Part shown: positions 31,270-41,664 of the stretch, piece after piece
Position numbering within the stretch: the first letter of the stretch is position 1
Layout: every line of letters begins with the position of its first letter
NCBI GenBank assembly: GCA_963662465.1
Contig: OY759599.1
Location: 2,912,001-2,976,000, forward strand
Direction of reading: 5' to 3'
Length of the DNA: 64,000 bases
Origin: Desulfatiglandales bacterium
GTDB taxonomy: Bacteria > Desulfobacterota > DSM-4660 > Desulfatiglandales > Desulfatiglandaceae
The notes under the pieces: model-generated
What the model was told of the DNA's origin: nothing
Database searches by the model: none
The model's input: the letters and a program-made list of their open reading frames with translations, nothing else
Made by a program: the position numbers and the translations under genes

Positions 31270-32892
31270 ATGTGCGGTATTGCCGGATGTTTTGGAACAA
31301 GAGATACAAAGACCATCAATAGGATGCTGGATGCCCTTCCCCATCGAGGACCCGATGATCGAGGGATCTACGAACACACCAATGGTGTGCTGGGGCACAC
31401 CCGTTTGTCCATTGTGGATGTGGCTCGCGGTCACCAACCCATACTGGCCGATGACGGCCAACGCGGGATTGTGTGTAACGGGGAAATCTACAATTTTCGG
31501 TCATTGAAAAGAGGGTTAAACGGCGCTTTTGCCTTTACCACCCAGTCGGATACGGAAGTCATTCTTCACCTTTACAAAAAATACGGACCCGAATGCGTCA
31601 AACAGCTTGAAGGGATGTTCGCCTTTGCCATTTTTGAAGGAGACGGCTTCATGCTGGCGCGAGATCCCATCGGCATCAAACCGCTTTATTACGGGTATCA
31701 GGATGGAAACCTCTATTTCACCTCTGAACTGGGGGCAATGACCCTGGCCGGCGTCGATGAAGTACATGAATTTCCGGCCGGACACTACTACACGCCCAAT
31801 GAAGGTTTCGTCAAGTACTACAACATTCCCAAAATTCAAGATCACATTCTGACGGATGTGAATAAAACCTGCAAAAAAATTCGAACCACGTTTATAAAAG
31901 CCGTAAAAGACCGGCTTCTGGCGGATCGCGATGTCCCGGTGGGCGCCTTTTGCAGCGGCGGGCTGGACAGCAGCCTGGTGGCTGCCATTGCCGCCGAGGA
32001 TATTCCCAACCTCCATACCTTCGTGGTGGGGATGCGGGATAAAAACGGGGACCTGAGCGATGATGTAAAGGCATCTCGAATCGCAGCCGAACATATCGGA
32101 TGCACCCATCACGAACTGCTTTTCACCGAAGCGGAGTACCATGCGGCACTTCCCACGGTAATCCGGAAACTGGAGACCTATGATCCCTCCCTGGTGCGCT
32201 GCGCCGTCCCCTGCTATTTCACCTGCAAGCTGGCCGCCGATTATGTGACCGTGGTCCTCACAGGCGAAGGGGCGGATGAACTGTTTGCGGGTTACCATTA
32301 CATGAAACATTTCCCCTTTGACAAGCTGAATCAGGAGGGCAGACGATGCATCGGGAATGTTCACAACATCAATCTTCAACGGGCTGACCGTATGGGCATG
32401 CTGTTCAGTCTGGAACTGCGGGTCCCTTTCTTTGATGTGAATATGGTGGATCTGTCCATGAAAATTCCGCCGGAACTGAAGATTCGCGAACACAACGGCG
32501 CCAAGATCGAAAAATGGATCTTTCGAAAAGCCTTTGAGAATACGCATTATCTGCCCGATGAAATCCTGTGGCGATATAAAGTGCAGTATACCCAGGGCGC
32601 GGGATGCGAAAGCATCGGCGAACAGATGGCGGAAGATGCCATGAGCGAGGATGAATACGCCCAAATCAGGGCTGAAAATCCCGATGCCGTTATTAACAGC
32701 AAGGAAGCGGCCTATTATTTTAAAATTTTCAGGGAATTTCACCCGCAGGATTCCATCCTGGGGTCCATCGGCATCTGGACCGGTTTTGATTTTGCGGAAG
32801 AACGGGAACATGTGAAGGGAACCGTGGACGGCGACCTGAAGCATGACCACACGGAGGAGATGGAAGATATGAAACAGGCCAACGCCGCTTAA
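31270..32892 (+). CDS. asnB: Asparagine synthase (glutamine-hydrolysing)-family amidotransferase
   Basis: MCGIAG, HRGPD, HTRLSIVD, NGEIYN, SGGLDSS, TGEGADELFAGY, ELRVPF. Confidence 0.85.
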   Translation: MCGIAGCFGTRDTKTINRMLDALPHRGPDDRGIYEHTNGVLGHTRLSIVDVARGHQPILADDGQRGIVCNGEIYNFRSLKRGLNGAFAFTTQSDTEVILHLYKKYGPECVKQLEGMFAFAIFEGDGFMLARDPIGIKPLYYGYQDGNLYFTSELGAMTLAGVDEVHEFPAGHYYTPNEGFVKYYNIPKIQDHILTDVNKTCKKIRTTFIKAVKDRLLADRDVPVGAFCSGGLDSSLVAAIAAEDIPNLHTFVVGMRDKNGDLSDDVKASRIAAEHIGCTHHELLFTEAEYHAALPTVIRKLETYDPSLVRCAVPCYFTCKLAADYVTVVLTGEGADELFAGYHYMKHFPFDKLNQEGRRCIGNVHNINLQRADRMGMLFSLELRVPFFDVNMVDLSMKIPPELKIREHNGAKIEKWIFRKAFENTHYLPDEILWRYKVQYTQGAGCESIGEQMAEDAMSEDEYAQIRAENPDAVINSKEAAYYFKIFREFHPQDSILGSIGIWTGFDFAEEREHVKGTVDGDLKHDHTEEMEDMKQANAA

Positions 32893-32966
32893 CATTGTTT
32901 TATTCAAAAATAATTGCCCAACCCCCGCTGGGGTTTCGGGCTTGTTAGATTTCAGGAGTTTGTAAA

Positions 32967-34298
32967 ATGGCAATACCCACCCATTCAAAATATATCATCA
33001 TTGGCGCCGGCATCCACGGTCTCAGCACGGCCTGGCACCTGGCCAAAGAATTGAAGCAGAAAAAATCAGGCGATGGAAAAGACATACTGGTCATCGATAA
33101 AACCGCTATCGGCGCGGGCGCATCCGGCATTGCCTGCGGCGTTATCCGCAACAATTATTTTCAACCGGCCATGCGGGAACTGATGGCCCACAGCGTAAGG
33201 GCATGGGAGAAAGACACGGAGGCCTACGGTTTTCATCCGGTGGGCTACATGCAGATCTCCCCCGAATCCATGCATGCGGATGTGGCCGAAATCTACCAGC
33301 AGCAGAAAGATATCGGCTATGAATCCGCCTTTATCGAGGGTGAAAAGGTCTGTCTCAACTATATGAAAGAGAATATCTTTCATGACTGGCAGGCCAAGGG
33401 CATCACCTCAATACTGCACGAGAAAAAGGGTGGATATGCCAACCAGATGAAGTCCCTTTACCGATTGGCGGACAAAGCTGAATCCGAAGGGGTCCGCATC
33501 CTGACGGGGGTTACGGTTACCGGCTTCAAAACCGATAAGGATTCCGTAACGGCCGTGCAGACCTCAAAAGGAGATATTCAGTGCGACGAGGTTATCATCG
33601 GCCCCGGCCCCTGGGCCAAGGGCTTCTGGGATATGCTGGGCCTTCCCAACGAAATCGACATACTGGGACCGGATGGCGCAATGCACTCGGGAAATCAAAT
33701 GTGGACCTACCTTTGCCTCGTTGAGGGAACCCTTGGCGTAGATCCGGCGTATGCCATGAATAACCAGGGGGAAATGCCGCCGGTGATTCACGTGGATTCG
33801 GAAGCCCCGCTCTATTCCAGCGAGGATGGATCATTAATCACAGATCAAATGTGGGGCATCTATTACAAGCCCGACTTCGGCTTCGGCGGCGTTCAGGGAG
33901 GCGCAGCGCCTTACAAGGTCACTGGGGACGTGAAAGTGGATCCCTACGGCATCGACTCGCCTGATTTCACCGTCAACCCCGAATTTGTCCATATGTGGAC
34001 CTCCGCCCTGGCCCATTGCCAGAAACGCTACGAAGACAAGTATCAAATGTACAAAAATGAGCCTTCCGGAGGATTGGGTTGTTTTACGCCGGATTGCTTC
34101 CCCATTTTTGACGCCATGAAGCAGAATTGCTACATGATGCTGGATTCCAACCACGGCTATAAGATGATCGGCGTTGGGGAACTGGTCGCTAAAGAAGTTC
34201 TGGGAGAAAAACAAGCCTTGCTTGAACCCTTTCGATTTGATCGCTACAAAAAGGGCAAACTGCATCCGGTCTCCCACAGCCCTTTTCCCTGGAGTTAA
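32967..34298 (+). CDS. FAD-dependent amine oxidoreductase (DAO / sarcosine oxidase beta / N-methylglutamate dehydrogenase A-like)
   Basis: IIGAGIHGLSTAWHLA Rossmann motif, GASGIACG, FTPDCFPI, NHGYK, PFRFDRY. Confidence 0.85.
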   Translation: MAIPTHSKYIIIGAGIHGLSTAWHLAKELKQKKSGDGKDILVIDKTAIGAGASGIACGVIRNNYFQPAMRELMAHSVRAWEKDTEAYGFHPVGYMQISPESMHADVAEIYQQQKDIGYESAFIEGEKVCLNYMKENIFHDWQAKGITSILHEKKGGYANQMKSLYRLADKAESEGVRILTGVTVTGFKTDKDSVTAVQTSKGDIQCDEVIIGPGPWAKGFWDMLGLPNEIDILGPDGAMHSGNQMWTYLCLVEGTLGVDPAYAMNNQGEMPPVIHVDSEAPLYSSEDGSLITDQMWGIYYKPDFGFGGVQGGAAPYKVTGDVKVDPYGIDSPDFTVNPEFVHMWTSALAHCQKRYEDKYQMYKNEPSGGLGCFTPDCFPIFDAMKQNCYMMLDSNHGYKMIGVGELVAKEVLGEKQALLEPFRFDRYKKGKLHPVSHSPFPWS

Positions 34299-34331
34299 GT
34301 CCGGATTTAGGCTTGGCGTAGGATTAAACCC

Positions 34332-35180
34332 ATGGACATCACAATTCTCGGTTCAGGGGGGTGCATGGCAATTCCAAAACCCCTTTGCCGATGCCGGGTT
34401 TGCGAGGAAGCCAGATCCAGGGGCCGGCCTTATGAAAGGACCGGTCCATCCGCTTTTCTACACGATGAAAACCTCCTGATTGACACGCCGGCGGAGATTG
34501 CCCTTCAGTTGAACCGGGCAGAGATCAAAGACATCGATTATTTGCTTTTTACGCACCTTGATCCCGACCATGTTGAAGGGTTCAGGGTCGTGGAGCAAAT
34601 CACGCTGGATTTTCGCACCTGGAAAGCTTACGGGGGAAAGACCATCCGCTTGATCCTTCCCCGAGTCCTGAAAGAAAGGATTACGGAACTCAAAAGCATA
34701 TACGGCTCCTTTATTGATTTCTACGAACGTCAAGGCTTTGTCCAATGCATTGATTTTGATAAAAGAACCAGGTTGGGAGACACTGAAATAACGGCAATCC
34801 CCGTAAATCGCGGTTCCCAGACCTCTTTCGTTTATGTTTTTGAAAAAAATGACGTCAAAATGGTTTATGCGCCCTGCGACATCAAGCCCTTTCCGGAACA
34901 AAGGGATGAAGTCAAGAACCCGGACCTTCTCATCATCCAACCGGGAATTTTTGAGACGGGCCTCAAGCATGGTTTCACATATCCAGCAAGGCATATCTCA
35001 AGAAAAACCCTTTACACCTTTGAAGAAACACTTGCCCTGGCCCAAAGAATAAAAGCCCGAAAGATCCTTTTCGTTCACCTGGAAGAATATTGGAATCGCA
35101 GCTACGATGATTACCTGGCCATTGAAAAACAGCATGCCGGGATTCGGTTCGCCCATGACGGCATGCAGGTAAAACTATAA
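34332..35180 (+). CDS. Metallo-beta-lactamase-fold hydrolase (PhnP-like)
   Basis: ILGSGG...PKPLCRCRVC zinc motif, LLIDTP, THLDPDH, FAHDG. Confidence 0.85.
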   Translation: MDITILGSGGCMAIPKPLCRCRVCEEARSRGRPYERTGPSAFLHDENLLIDTPAEIALQLNRAEIKDIDYLLFTHLDPDHVEGFRVVEQITLDFRTWKAYGGKTIRLILPRVLKERITELKSIYGSFIDFYERQGFVQCIDFDKRTRLGDTEITAIPVNRGSQTSFVYVFEKNDVKMVYAPCDIKPFPEQRDEVKNPDLLIIQPGIFETGLKHGFTYPARHISRKTLYTFEETLALAQRIKARKILFVHLEEYWNRSYDDYLAIEKQHAGIRFAHDGMQVKL

Positions 35181-35193
35181 TAAAGGAGACAGT

Positions 35194-36384
35194 TTGGAAG
35201 CGATTAATGAAGTATATGACGAGGCTTATCTGAAAAAAATCCACCAGGACGCCCTGCGGGTTCTGGAGGAGGTGGGCGTAAAATGCAAGTCCCTGGAAAT
35301 TCAAAAAATTTTTGAAGATACCGGTATGGCCGCCTATGACGATACAACCGGACATATTCACATATTGAAACCCCTGGTGGAACAAGCACTGGCAATGGCC
35401 CCCAAGCGAGACCAGTACTGGATTCCCGAAGATGCCTTCGGCGTCGGGGGGACGGCGCCTTTCGTCTACGATGATCAAACCGGAGAACTGATACCGCCCA
35501 CTTTTGCACATATGGCAAAAATCGCATCCGTTGTCGATGAATCCGATGAAGTGGCGTTTATGGCCAGGGGCGTACTCGTTCGAAACGAGGAGGCCAGGGT
35601 GATGGACACCCTTGTTGAACATTGCCGAAAGCCCCTCTACGTGGCCGCCGTCACAGAGAAAGGCATCGCCCGTGCCGAAGAAATTTTTCAAAGCCGGGGC
35701 AACCTGACCCTTCAGTTTTCCATTATCAACAGTCCCCTGAACGTCATTGAAAGCATGATTGAGCCGTTTCTATCCTGCGTTCGCAAGGGACTCCCCATCT
35801 ATGTCTCCACCATGCCCATGGCGGGCCTTTCCGGTCCCTATTCCATGTCGGGACTTCTTACCCTGACCCATGCGGAAGGGCTGTTCGGCATCACCCTGGC
35901 GCAATTGGTAAATCCCGGCATCACCGTGGTTCATGCCGGCCTGCCGTCCATCGCCAATATTCAGAAAAACTATGCCGTGGACCTGGGGTTGATCAGCCAT
36001 AACGTGGCCAACCTGCTCATGGAAAAAGTCAATAAGCGCCTGAACATTCCTTCTATTCAAACCGCCTGCACCACCAGCCAGGGAAAACCGAACCTGTTGG
36101 CCGAAGAAGAAGCCATAAACGGTTTTGCCCTCATGAAAAAATACGGCTTTCACCAAATGCGCCATTGCTTTGGCTTTTTAAGTGAGTTAATCTCTTTTTC
36201 AATCCACAAACTGGAACGTCATGTGGCGCTCTGCAGGGAAACGGATCCGGAAAAGGCGCCTCTCATTGAAAGAGAACCCTATGACCCGGAAGGCTTTGAT
36301 GCCATCAAGCGAAACAGCAGCCAACCCAATTACATGCGGGACGACCATACCCTTAAAAACACCGGGAAGGCTTTTTTACATTAA
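35194..36384 (+). CDS. Second MttB superfamily methyltransferase (paralog of 30004-31218)
   Basis: IHQDALRVLEEVGV, GGTAPFVYDD, MPMAGLSGP, HAEGLFG, KYGFHQMRH; AAGGAG RBS, TTG start. Confidence 0.8.
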   Translation: MEAINEVYDEAYLKKIHQDALRVLEEVGVKCKSLEIQKIFEDTGMAAYDDTTGHIHILKPLVEQALAMAPKRDQYWIPEDAFGVGGTAPFVYDDQTGELIPPTFAHMAKIASVVDESDEVAFMARGVLVRNEEARVMDTLVEHCRKPLYVAAVTEKGIARAEEIFQSRGNLTLQFSIINSPLNVIESMIEPFLSCVRKGLPIYVSTMPMAGLSGPYSMSGLLTLTHAEGLFGITLAQLVNPGITVVHAGLPSIANIQKNYAVDLGLISHNVANLLMEKVNKRLNIPSIQTACTTSQGKPNLLAEEEAINGFALMKKYGFHQMRHCFGFLSELISFSIHKLERHVALCRETDPEKAPLIEREPYDPEGFDAIKRNSSQPNYMRDDHTLKNTGKAFLH

Positions 36385-36403
36385 ACAGGGGGCATACAAA
36401 ATC

Positions 36404-37342
36404 ATGAAAGTCGCCATTTATCAAACATCGCCAATGCTGCTAAACCTTCAAGCCAACCTGGAGGATGTGCTGCAAAAAATTCATGAGGGAAAAGAAAAAG
36501 GCGCTCAACTGATTATTTTTCCCGAACTGGCACTGACCGGATATTTTGTGGGCCAACGATATCATGAAGTGGCCCTCAGGATGGACTCCGGGGAGATTCA
36601 AAAAATTGTTTCCGCCACAAAAGGCACGGCGGCCGTGGTGGGCTTCATCGAAGAATCTCTTTCCATGAATTTTTATAATTCGGCCCTGGTCGCCATTGAT
36701 GGAAAGCTATTGTTTGCCTATCGAAAACTCAATCTGCCCAACTACGGGGTCTTTGAGGAACGTAAGTACTTCTCTCCCGGAAAGCGGGTACCTGTTTTCC
36801 GGTTGAATAACATGAATATCTCAATTTTTATCTGCAATGACCTGTGGCATCCGTCGCTTCCCTATCTGGGAGTGGCGCAAAAAGCGGATGTGTTTGTCAC
36901 CCTGTTCAATTCCAGTCAGGGATCCATGGGAACGGAATTCTGCAACATTGAAAGCTGGAACATCATCAACAAATTCTACTCCCGTATTTTCGGCATATAC
37001 AACCTCTGCGCCAATCGCGTGGGGGAAGAAGCCTGGAATGAACGGGATTCCATGTTGGCCATTGAACACCCTCAGGATAGCGCCCCTTTGACAAAAACCC
37101 TGGAGCATATAAAAGTCCCTTTCAAGTTCTGGGGCGGAAGCGAAATCATCAATCCTTTTGGTCAGCAGATCGCCAAGGCGGCTCTTTATGAGAAAGATGC
37201 GATTTTCGGGGAAATCTCAAAAGACCTGCTCCGTCAAAAACGGATACTGTTGCCCTACCTCCGAAACGACGACCCATTTTTCATCCACCGGGAACTTCAG
37301 CGCATCTTGTACAACAAAGAAAAAAGAGATCATACCTTGTAA
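36404..37342 (+). CDS. Nitrilase/carbon-nitrogen hydrolase family amidase
   Basis: Catalytic triad FPELALTGY (E), YRKLNLP (K), ICNDLW (C). Confidence 0.88.
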   Translation: MKVAIYQTSPMLLNLQANLEDVLQKIHEGKEKGAQLIIFPELALTGYFVGQRYHEVALRMDSGEIQKIVSATKGTAAVVGFIEESLSMNFYNSALVAIDGKLLFAYRKLNLPNYGVFEERKYFSPGKRVPVFRLNNMNISIFICNDLWHPSLPYLGVAQKADVFVTLFNSSQGSMGTEFCNIESWNIINKFYSRIFGIYNLCANRVGEEAWNERDSMLAIEHPQDSAPLTKTLEHIKVPFKFWGGSEIINPFGQQIAKAALYEKDAIFGEISKDLLRQKRILLPYLRNDDPFFIHRELQRILYNKEKRDHTL

Positions 37343-37371
37343 CTACTTTCTACCTACAAAACAATAAATTT

Positions 37372-39543
37372 ATGACAAATACGAACCGGGCTTGCCCTCC
37401 AATTGTCCCAACGAGGAAATTCATGCATCGAAAATTCCGGTACACACTTTTAAAAACCGGGGGCCTTTTGGCGGTCCTGGCATTATGTTGCACTGCTTTT
37501 GCCTCGCCATCTTATTCATCTTCCCAAAATACGAGCGAATCGATCCAACGTAAAACGCTGAAAAAATCGACCCCCGTAGAAACCGGGCGCAATCTCCGGC
37601 AAACCTTTGAAACGCTGACGAACACCATGTTCAAATACGAGAGAGGCCTGCATGGGGACGTGAGCCTTCTTTACAATTTAATCGAAGTTCCGAGTTCCGT
37701 AAAAGCCAATTTTCGCGACCAATACCTGATCAGCACGGCGAATCGCCTCTATTTGATCCTGCAAAATATCGATTATGATCCTGAAGAGGACATCCCTGAA
37801 AACGTTTCAGACTCCCGAACCAATATTACCCTCGGCCGACAAGACGGCCTGCAGGTGACATTTCAAATGACGCGAACACAGGGAGGGCAATGGCGGTTTG
37901 CCGCTGAAACAGCGGATGACGCTGAACTCAAAACACTACACAAAGAACTGAAAGACAAATACGAAAAGCTTTCCAGGGCAGACATGGAAGGCGATACCTT
38001 TGAGCCGGACCTGATGTCGCCCTACCGTACCGTTCGGACATTGTTTAACGGGGTGCTGGGTCAGGGTGGCTTTACCCTGGATGATGCCACCCTGACCCTC
38101 GATCTTTCAAAACTGGATCCGCTGGTTCGGAAACCCTTGGGCCGGTTCATTGCGGTGGCGCTTTATCGCATCCTCAAGTTCCGCTCGCCGTTGAACATGG
38201 CCCAGCTTTCCGCGTGCCCACAATATGAAAAATCCCCGATTTTGCTGATCGATCCAAAATACGGCGTCATATCCATGCATGTGTTCAAAGATCCGGAAAC
38301 CGGCATCAAAGCATGGAAATTCACCCCCGGCAGTCTCCAGGTGGCCACGAAATCCTACGATGCCTATATGTCCGAAGGAATGGCTGAACGCCTTCAAAAA
38401 GAAAGAATAATGCACGCCGGCAAAGATTTTCCCATTCAAATTCAAGTGGACGACTGGGTAGAAAAAAATATTCCGGGGCTTGAAAGAATCATCCTGGGCC
38501 TTGCCATCTGGAAATGGTGTATTCTGGCGTTTCTGCTGATTCTAAGTCCCATACTGCTGTGGCTGATCCGTTTTATCATTCAAAGAACCCGCGGCATCAC
38601 CCGCAACCTGAATACACAAAACATTTCACGCAGACCTGAATCCCTGATCCTGCCGCTACAGATTCTCCTGCTGGGATGGCTTTGGCTACAGGGCATCATG
38701 CTGGTCAAAACCAACCCCGACCTGCTCAAGTTTGCACTGCTGCTGTTGGATTTGCTGATAATCATCACCACCGTGTGGATTTCATGGATCGTGGTGGAAT
38801 TTGTTTCCCAGTTGCTCATGGGCGCAGACCGATCCAATGTCAAGGGGACAGTCGTACTGGTCGTTAGCCGCATTGTTAAAATCGCACTGGTGGTGAGCGG
38901 GCTTGTCTATCTGGCCTCCCTTTTCGGCCAGGACAGCTCCAGGATATTGACGGCCCTGGGCATCGGCGGCGTGGCCCTGGCCCTGGCAGGAAAAGATACG
39001 GTTGAAAACATCTTCGGCACCTTCATGATCCTTTCCACAACCCCCTTTTCAATCGGAGACTGGATTAAAGTGGATGATTTCGAGGGAACCGTGGAAAATG
39101 TGGGAATTCGAAGCACTGCCATCCGCACTTTTTACAACTCTCTGGTCAACGTACCCAATGCCACTTTTATCAAAACACCGGTGGATAACATGGGCAAACG
39201 GGTCTATCGCCGTTACAAAAGCACCATTCGGGTCAATTATCATACGCCGCCGGACCTGATCGTGTCCTTTATGGAAGGCATTCGGGAACTGGTTCGCAAT
39301 CAGCCCCTCACACGAAAAGACTATTTTCACATTCGGCTGAATGATTTCAGCCACTCCTCCCTGGAGATCCTGGTATACATTTTTTTCGATACCGATGACT
39401 GGACCCTTGAACTGGAAGGACGGGAGCGTTTTATCCTGGGGGTAGTCAAATTAGCGGAAACCATGGGCGTACGATTTGCTTTTCCCAGGCAAAATGTGAC
39501 CCTAACGCAGGAAAAGGCGCCGGAACCTATTTTGCGAACATAA
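37372..39543 (+). CDS. MscS family mechanosensitive channel with large periplasmic domain
   Basis: LGIGGVALALAGKDTVENIFG, PFSIGDWI, GTVENVGIRST, FAFP; start may be 37423. Confidence 0.9.
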   Translation: MTNTNRACPPIVPTRKFMHRKFRYTLLKTGGLLAVLALCCTAFASPSYSSSQNTSESIQRKTLKKSTPVETGRNLRQTFETLTNTMFKYERGLHGDVSLLYNLIEVPSSVKANFRDQYLISTANRLYLILQNIDYDPEEDIPENVSDSRTNITLGRQDGLQVTFQMTRTQGGQWRFAAETADDAELKTLHKELKDKYEKLSRADMEGDTFEPDLMSPYRTVRTLFNGVLGQGGFTLDDATLTLDLSKLDPLVRKPLGRFIAVALYRILKFRSPLNMAQLSACPQYEKSPILLIDPKYGVISMHVFKDPETGIKAWKFTPGSLQVATKSYDAYMSEGMAERLQKERIMHAGKDFPIQIQVDDWVEKNIPGLERIILGLAIWKWCILAFLLILSPILLWLIRFIIQRTRGITRNLNTQNISRRPESLILPLQILLLGWLWLQGIMLVKTNPDLLKFALLLLDLLIIITTVWISWIVVEFVSQLLMGADRSNVKGTVVLVVSRIVKIALVVSGLVYLASLFGQDSSRILTALGIGGVALALAGKDTVENIFGTFMILSTTPFSIGDWIKVDDFEGTVENVGIRSTAIRTFYNSLVNVPNATFIKTPVDNMGKRVYRRYKSTIRVNYHTPPDLIVSFMEGIRELVRNQPLTRKDYFHIRLNDFSHSSLEILVYIFFDTDDWTLELEGRERFILGVVKLAETMGVRFAFPRQNVTLTQEKAPEPILRT

Positions 39544-39731
39544 ATATAAAAATCAGAAGGGATACGCCCCCTTCAAAAACAAAGCAGGCATGCAGCGGAG
39601 TTTACTGATTCAGACGCTTAATATCGTGCGTGCAGTTTCAAGAAGTGGCGCCCTTAACAAAGCCACCACATTTCAGCATTTTGTCCAATCAATTCGGCGC
39701 TGGTTATTGCCGATGTTCAGTGAAAGAAAAT

Positions 39732-39930
39732 ATGACTTATTTTATTAAATCTACCACTCTTTTACTCACGCTTCTAAACCCATTCTTGATAATTATTTAC
39801 CTTGTTGATGTGATGCAAAAGCTTAAAAAAACAATTCCATCGCGTATTGGTCCGAGCTGCTCTGATTGCAATCACAGTTTTCTGCAGCTTCGCAATTCTT
39901 GGCGACACCATCTTCATCGGCTTAATGCAA
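39732..39930 (+). pseudogene. MarC-family membrane protein fragment (frameshifted, truncated)
   Basis: LLLTLLNPFLIIIYL... then in a shifted frame KQFHRVLVRAALIAITVFCSFAILGDTIF, like the MarC N-terminus. Confidence 0.6.
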
Positions 39931-39957
39931 GGTCTTCGAACGTGGGCATACAAATTT

Positions 39958-40111
39958 GGTTCATTGCGGATTAACGTGAAATCGCGCTTTGGGTTGTTTC
40001 GGTTCGGGCTGTAGGTGCGACTTTAGTCGCACAGGGTAGGCTTAATGTGCGACTAAAGTCGCACCTACAATCGGCTCAGAAGCCAAATCTCACGCAAATC
40101 CACGATGAGCC
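39958..40111 (-). mobile_element. 154-bp MITE copy 4
   Basis: GGTTCATTGCGGATTAAC...AATCCACGATGAGCC; 8-bp TSD ACAAATTT at 39950-39957 and 40112-40119. Confidence 0.92.
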
Positions 40112-40133
40112 ACAAATTTTAAGAAGCAACGAC

Positions 40134-40195
40134 ACCGAACAAGCCTTTTGCAGCGGACCGCAAAAAGCTGCGGCCGCTGAAAAGCACGGTTAGCC
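40134..40195 (+). other. Integron attC site (isolated)
   Basis: ACCGAAC...CTTTTGCAGCGGACCGCAAAAAGCTGCGGCCGCTGAAAAG...GTTAGCC: AAC/GTT ends and an imperfect palindrome with extrahelical bases, 62 bp. Confidence 0.75.
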
Positions 40196-40209
40196 GCGAG
40201 GGAAAGGAC

Positions 40210-40395
40210 AATCATTCCATAGAAGTGATACCCGCTTGTCCTCGACCGCCGCAATCTCGTTTTCCAGCACGCCGTGAATAACAGACAGCGCCCTAAGCTG
40301 GTTCACGTAGCATTCCAAGGGGAGCTTATGCTCAGCAAGGGCCTTGTAATATGGTAGTGACTCAAGTTTTGAATGATAGGCCTTTGTGTCCTTTC
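40210..40395 (-). pseudogene. Fragment of a heme-oxygenase-like domain
   Basis: Minus-strand translation KDTKAYHSKLESLPYYKALAEHKLPLECYVNQLRALSVIHGVLENEI; no start and no full body. Confidence 0.4.
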
Positions 40396-40467
40396 AAGGT
40401 TCAGACAAAAGAGAAACTGTCCCGCCTTACGTCGGTAGCCGCCATAATAACTATTGGATACATTCCT

Positions 40468-41415
40468 TTATTGCGCCTTGGTCAACCGTTTTTCGTCCGC
40501 CCATCGGCGCATTTCATCCAAACTCTCCGCATCGAGGAACCGCTTCCCCAATTCCTCGATGGCCTCAACATTCAAGCCCTCAAACATGGGACGGGCCGTA
40601 TCAGCGGCAACTCGAAAACGTTTGGAAATTTGTTGACATAAAAGCGACAGGCTTCCCTGCAGCATCCCATCTTCTCTCCCAATTCTCTCGATACTCGTTA
40701 TATATGGCATCTTTTTTCCCTCCTCATACTTTGACAATTCTTTCCAGAACAACCGTTCATGGGCCTCAGGAAGAGCCATCAACCAATCGATGAACCGGAA
40801 TAATTTGACGATATCCGCGCGGCTGTAACCGGCTGTATAGAGGTCTTTCACCAAAGCAAATTTTCGCTTGAAAAGTTCATCCGGGTCCTTTCCGGTCTCC
40901 AAAACCGACAAATGGGCACGAACCACCACAACAAATGGATTCCGTCCCGCATCCGCCAAAAGATCGGGGGTTTTCTGATAATCCAAAAGCTTGACAACCG
41001 GGTAACGAAACCGCATCTCGCAGCCCCAAAGGCTATAGGAGAACTCCTCGGGACGCCATTTCTTCGAATCATCCGCCAGAACCGCAAGGCTTACAACCCG
41101 CCGGTGGTAGCGATCAAAAATCCGGTAATTGTAAACAAACATCCTTTCTTCAAAATCCGGGTCCACCTGGGCCTGCACCTCGATATGCACCAGTATCCAG
41201 GCCTCCAGACCATCCAAAAGCCATACTTTCACCAGTTTGTCCACGGTGCGCCTGCCCACCTCCGCATCGCGGGTGATCTGCCGAAGTTCCTTCTCCAGGA
41301 ACTCATACCCCTTTTCCCAGTCAATCTGTTGGTAAGACTCAGGGAAAAACAGCGACATGAACGGCTCGAAGTAAACTTCCAAGATTTCTTTCCAGGGCGA
41401 ATCAAAATCAGTCAT
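40468..41415 (-). CDS. Rpn/YhgA-like putative transposase or nuclease with DUF4351-type tail
   Basis: DFDSPWKE, FLEKEL, VDKLVKV, ILVHIEVQ, RMFVYNYRIFDRY, MPYITSIER; GAGG RBS before ATG 41415. Confidence 0.85.
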   Translation of the reverse strand: MTDFDSPWKEILEVYFEPFMSLFFPESYQQIDWEKGYEFLEKELRQITRDAEVGRRTVDKLVKVWLLDGLEAWILVHIEVQAQVDPDFEERMFVYNYRIFDRYHRRVVSLAVLADDSKKWRPEEFSYSLWGCEMRFRYPVVKLLDYQKTPDLLADAGRNPFVVVVRAHLSVLETGKDPDELFKRKFALVKDLYTAGYSRADIVKLFRFIDWLMALPEAHERLFWKELSKYEEGKKMPYITSIERIGREDGMLQGSLSLLCQQISKRFRVAADTARPMFEGLNVEAIEELGKRFLDAESLDEMRRWADEKRLTKAQ

Positions 41416-41504
41416 GTTGAAATACCTCTTAAACGAAGTGAATGCCGGCAACCTTCAGCCACACAAAAAAGCCCTCTGAAACACCAATCCAAAAGGGCCC
41501 CTCC

Positions 41505-41579
41505 GTAGGTGCAGCTTTAGCAGCACAACCAAACCCTCGGACAACCTCAACCCCATTGTGCGGCTGAAGCCGCACCTAC
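41505..41579. repeat. Free-standing GTAG-type REP doublet (REPIN-like)
   Basis: GTAGGTGCAGCTTTAGCAGCAC...GTGCGGCTGAAGCCGCACCTAC. Confidence 0.75.
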
Positions 41580-41664
41580 AAATGGCTAAAATATGGATGA
41601 TATCTAAAAATACCTGGAAGTCAACCCTAAAGAATTACGGGTAAAATCCCAGAGAGGATCTCTA

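Noticed and set aside
31516..32988. Long antisense ORFs (this one, and e.g. 650-1657, 59224-60252, 63206-63991)
   Set aside because: Shadows of well-supported genes on the opposite strand, with no recognisable motifs.
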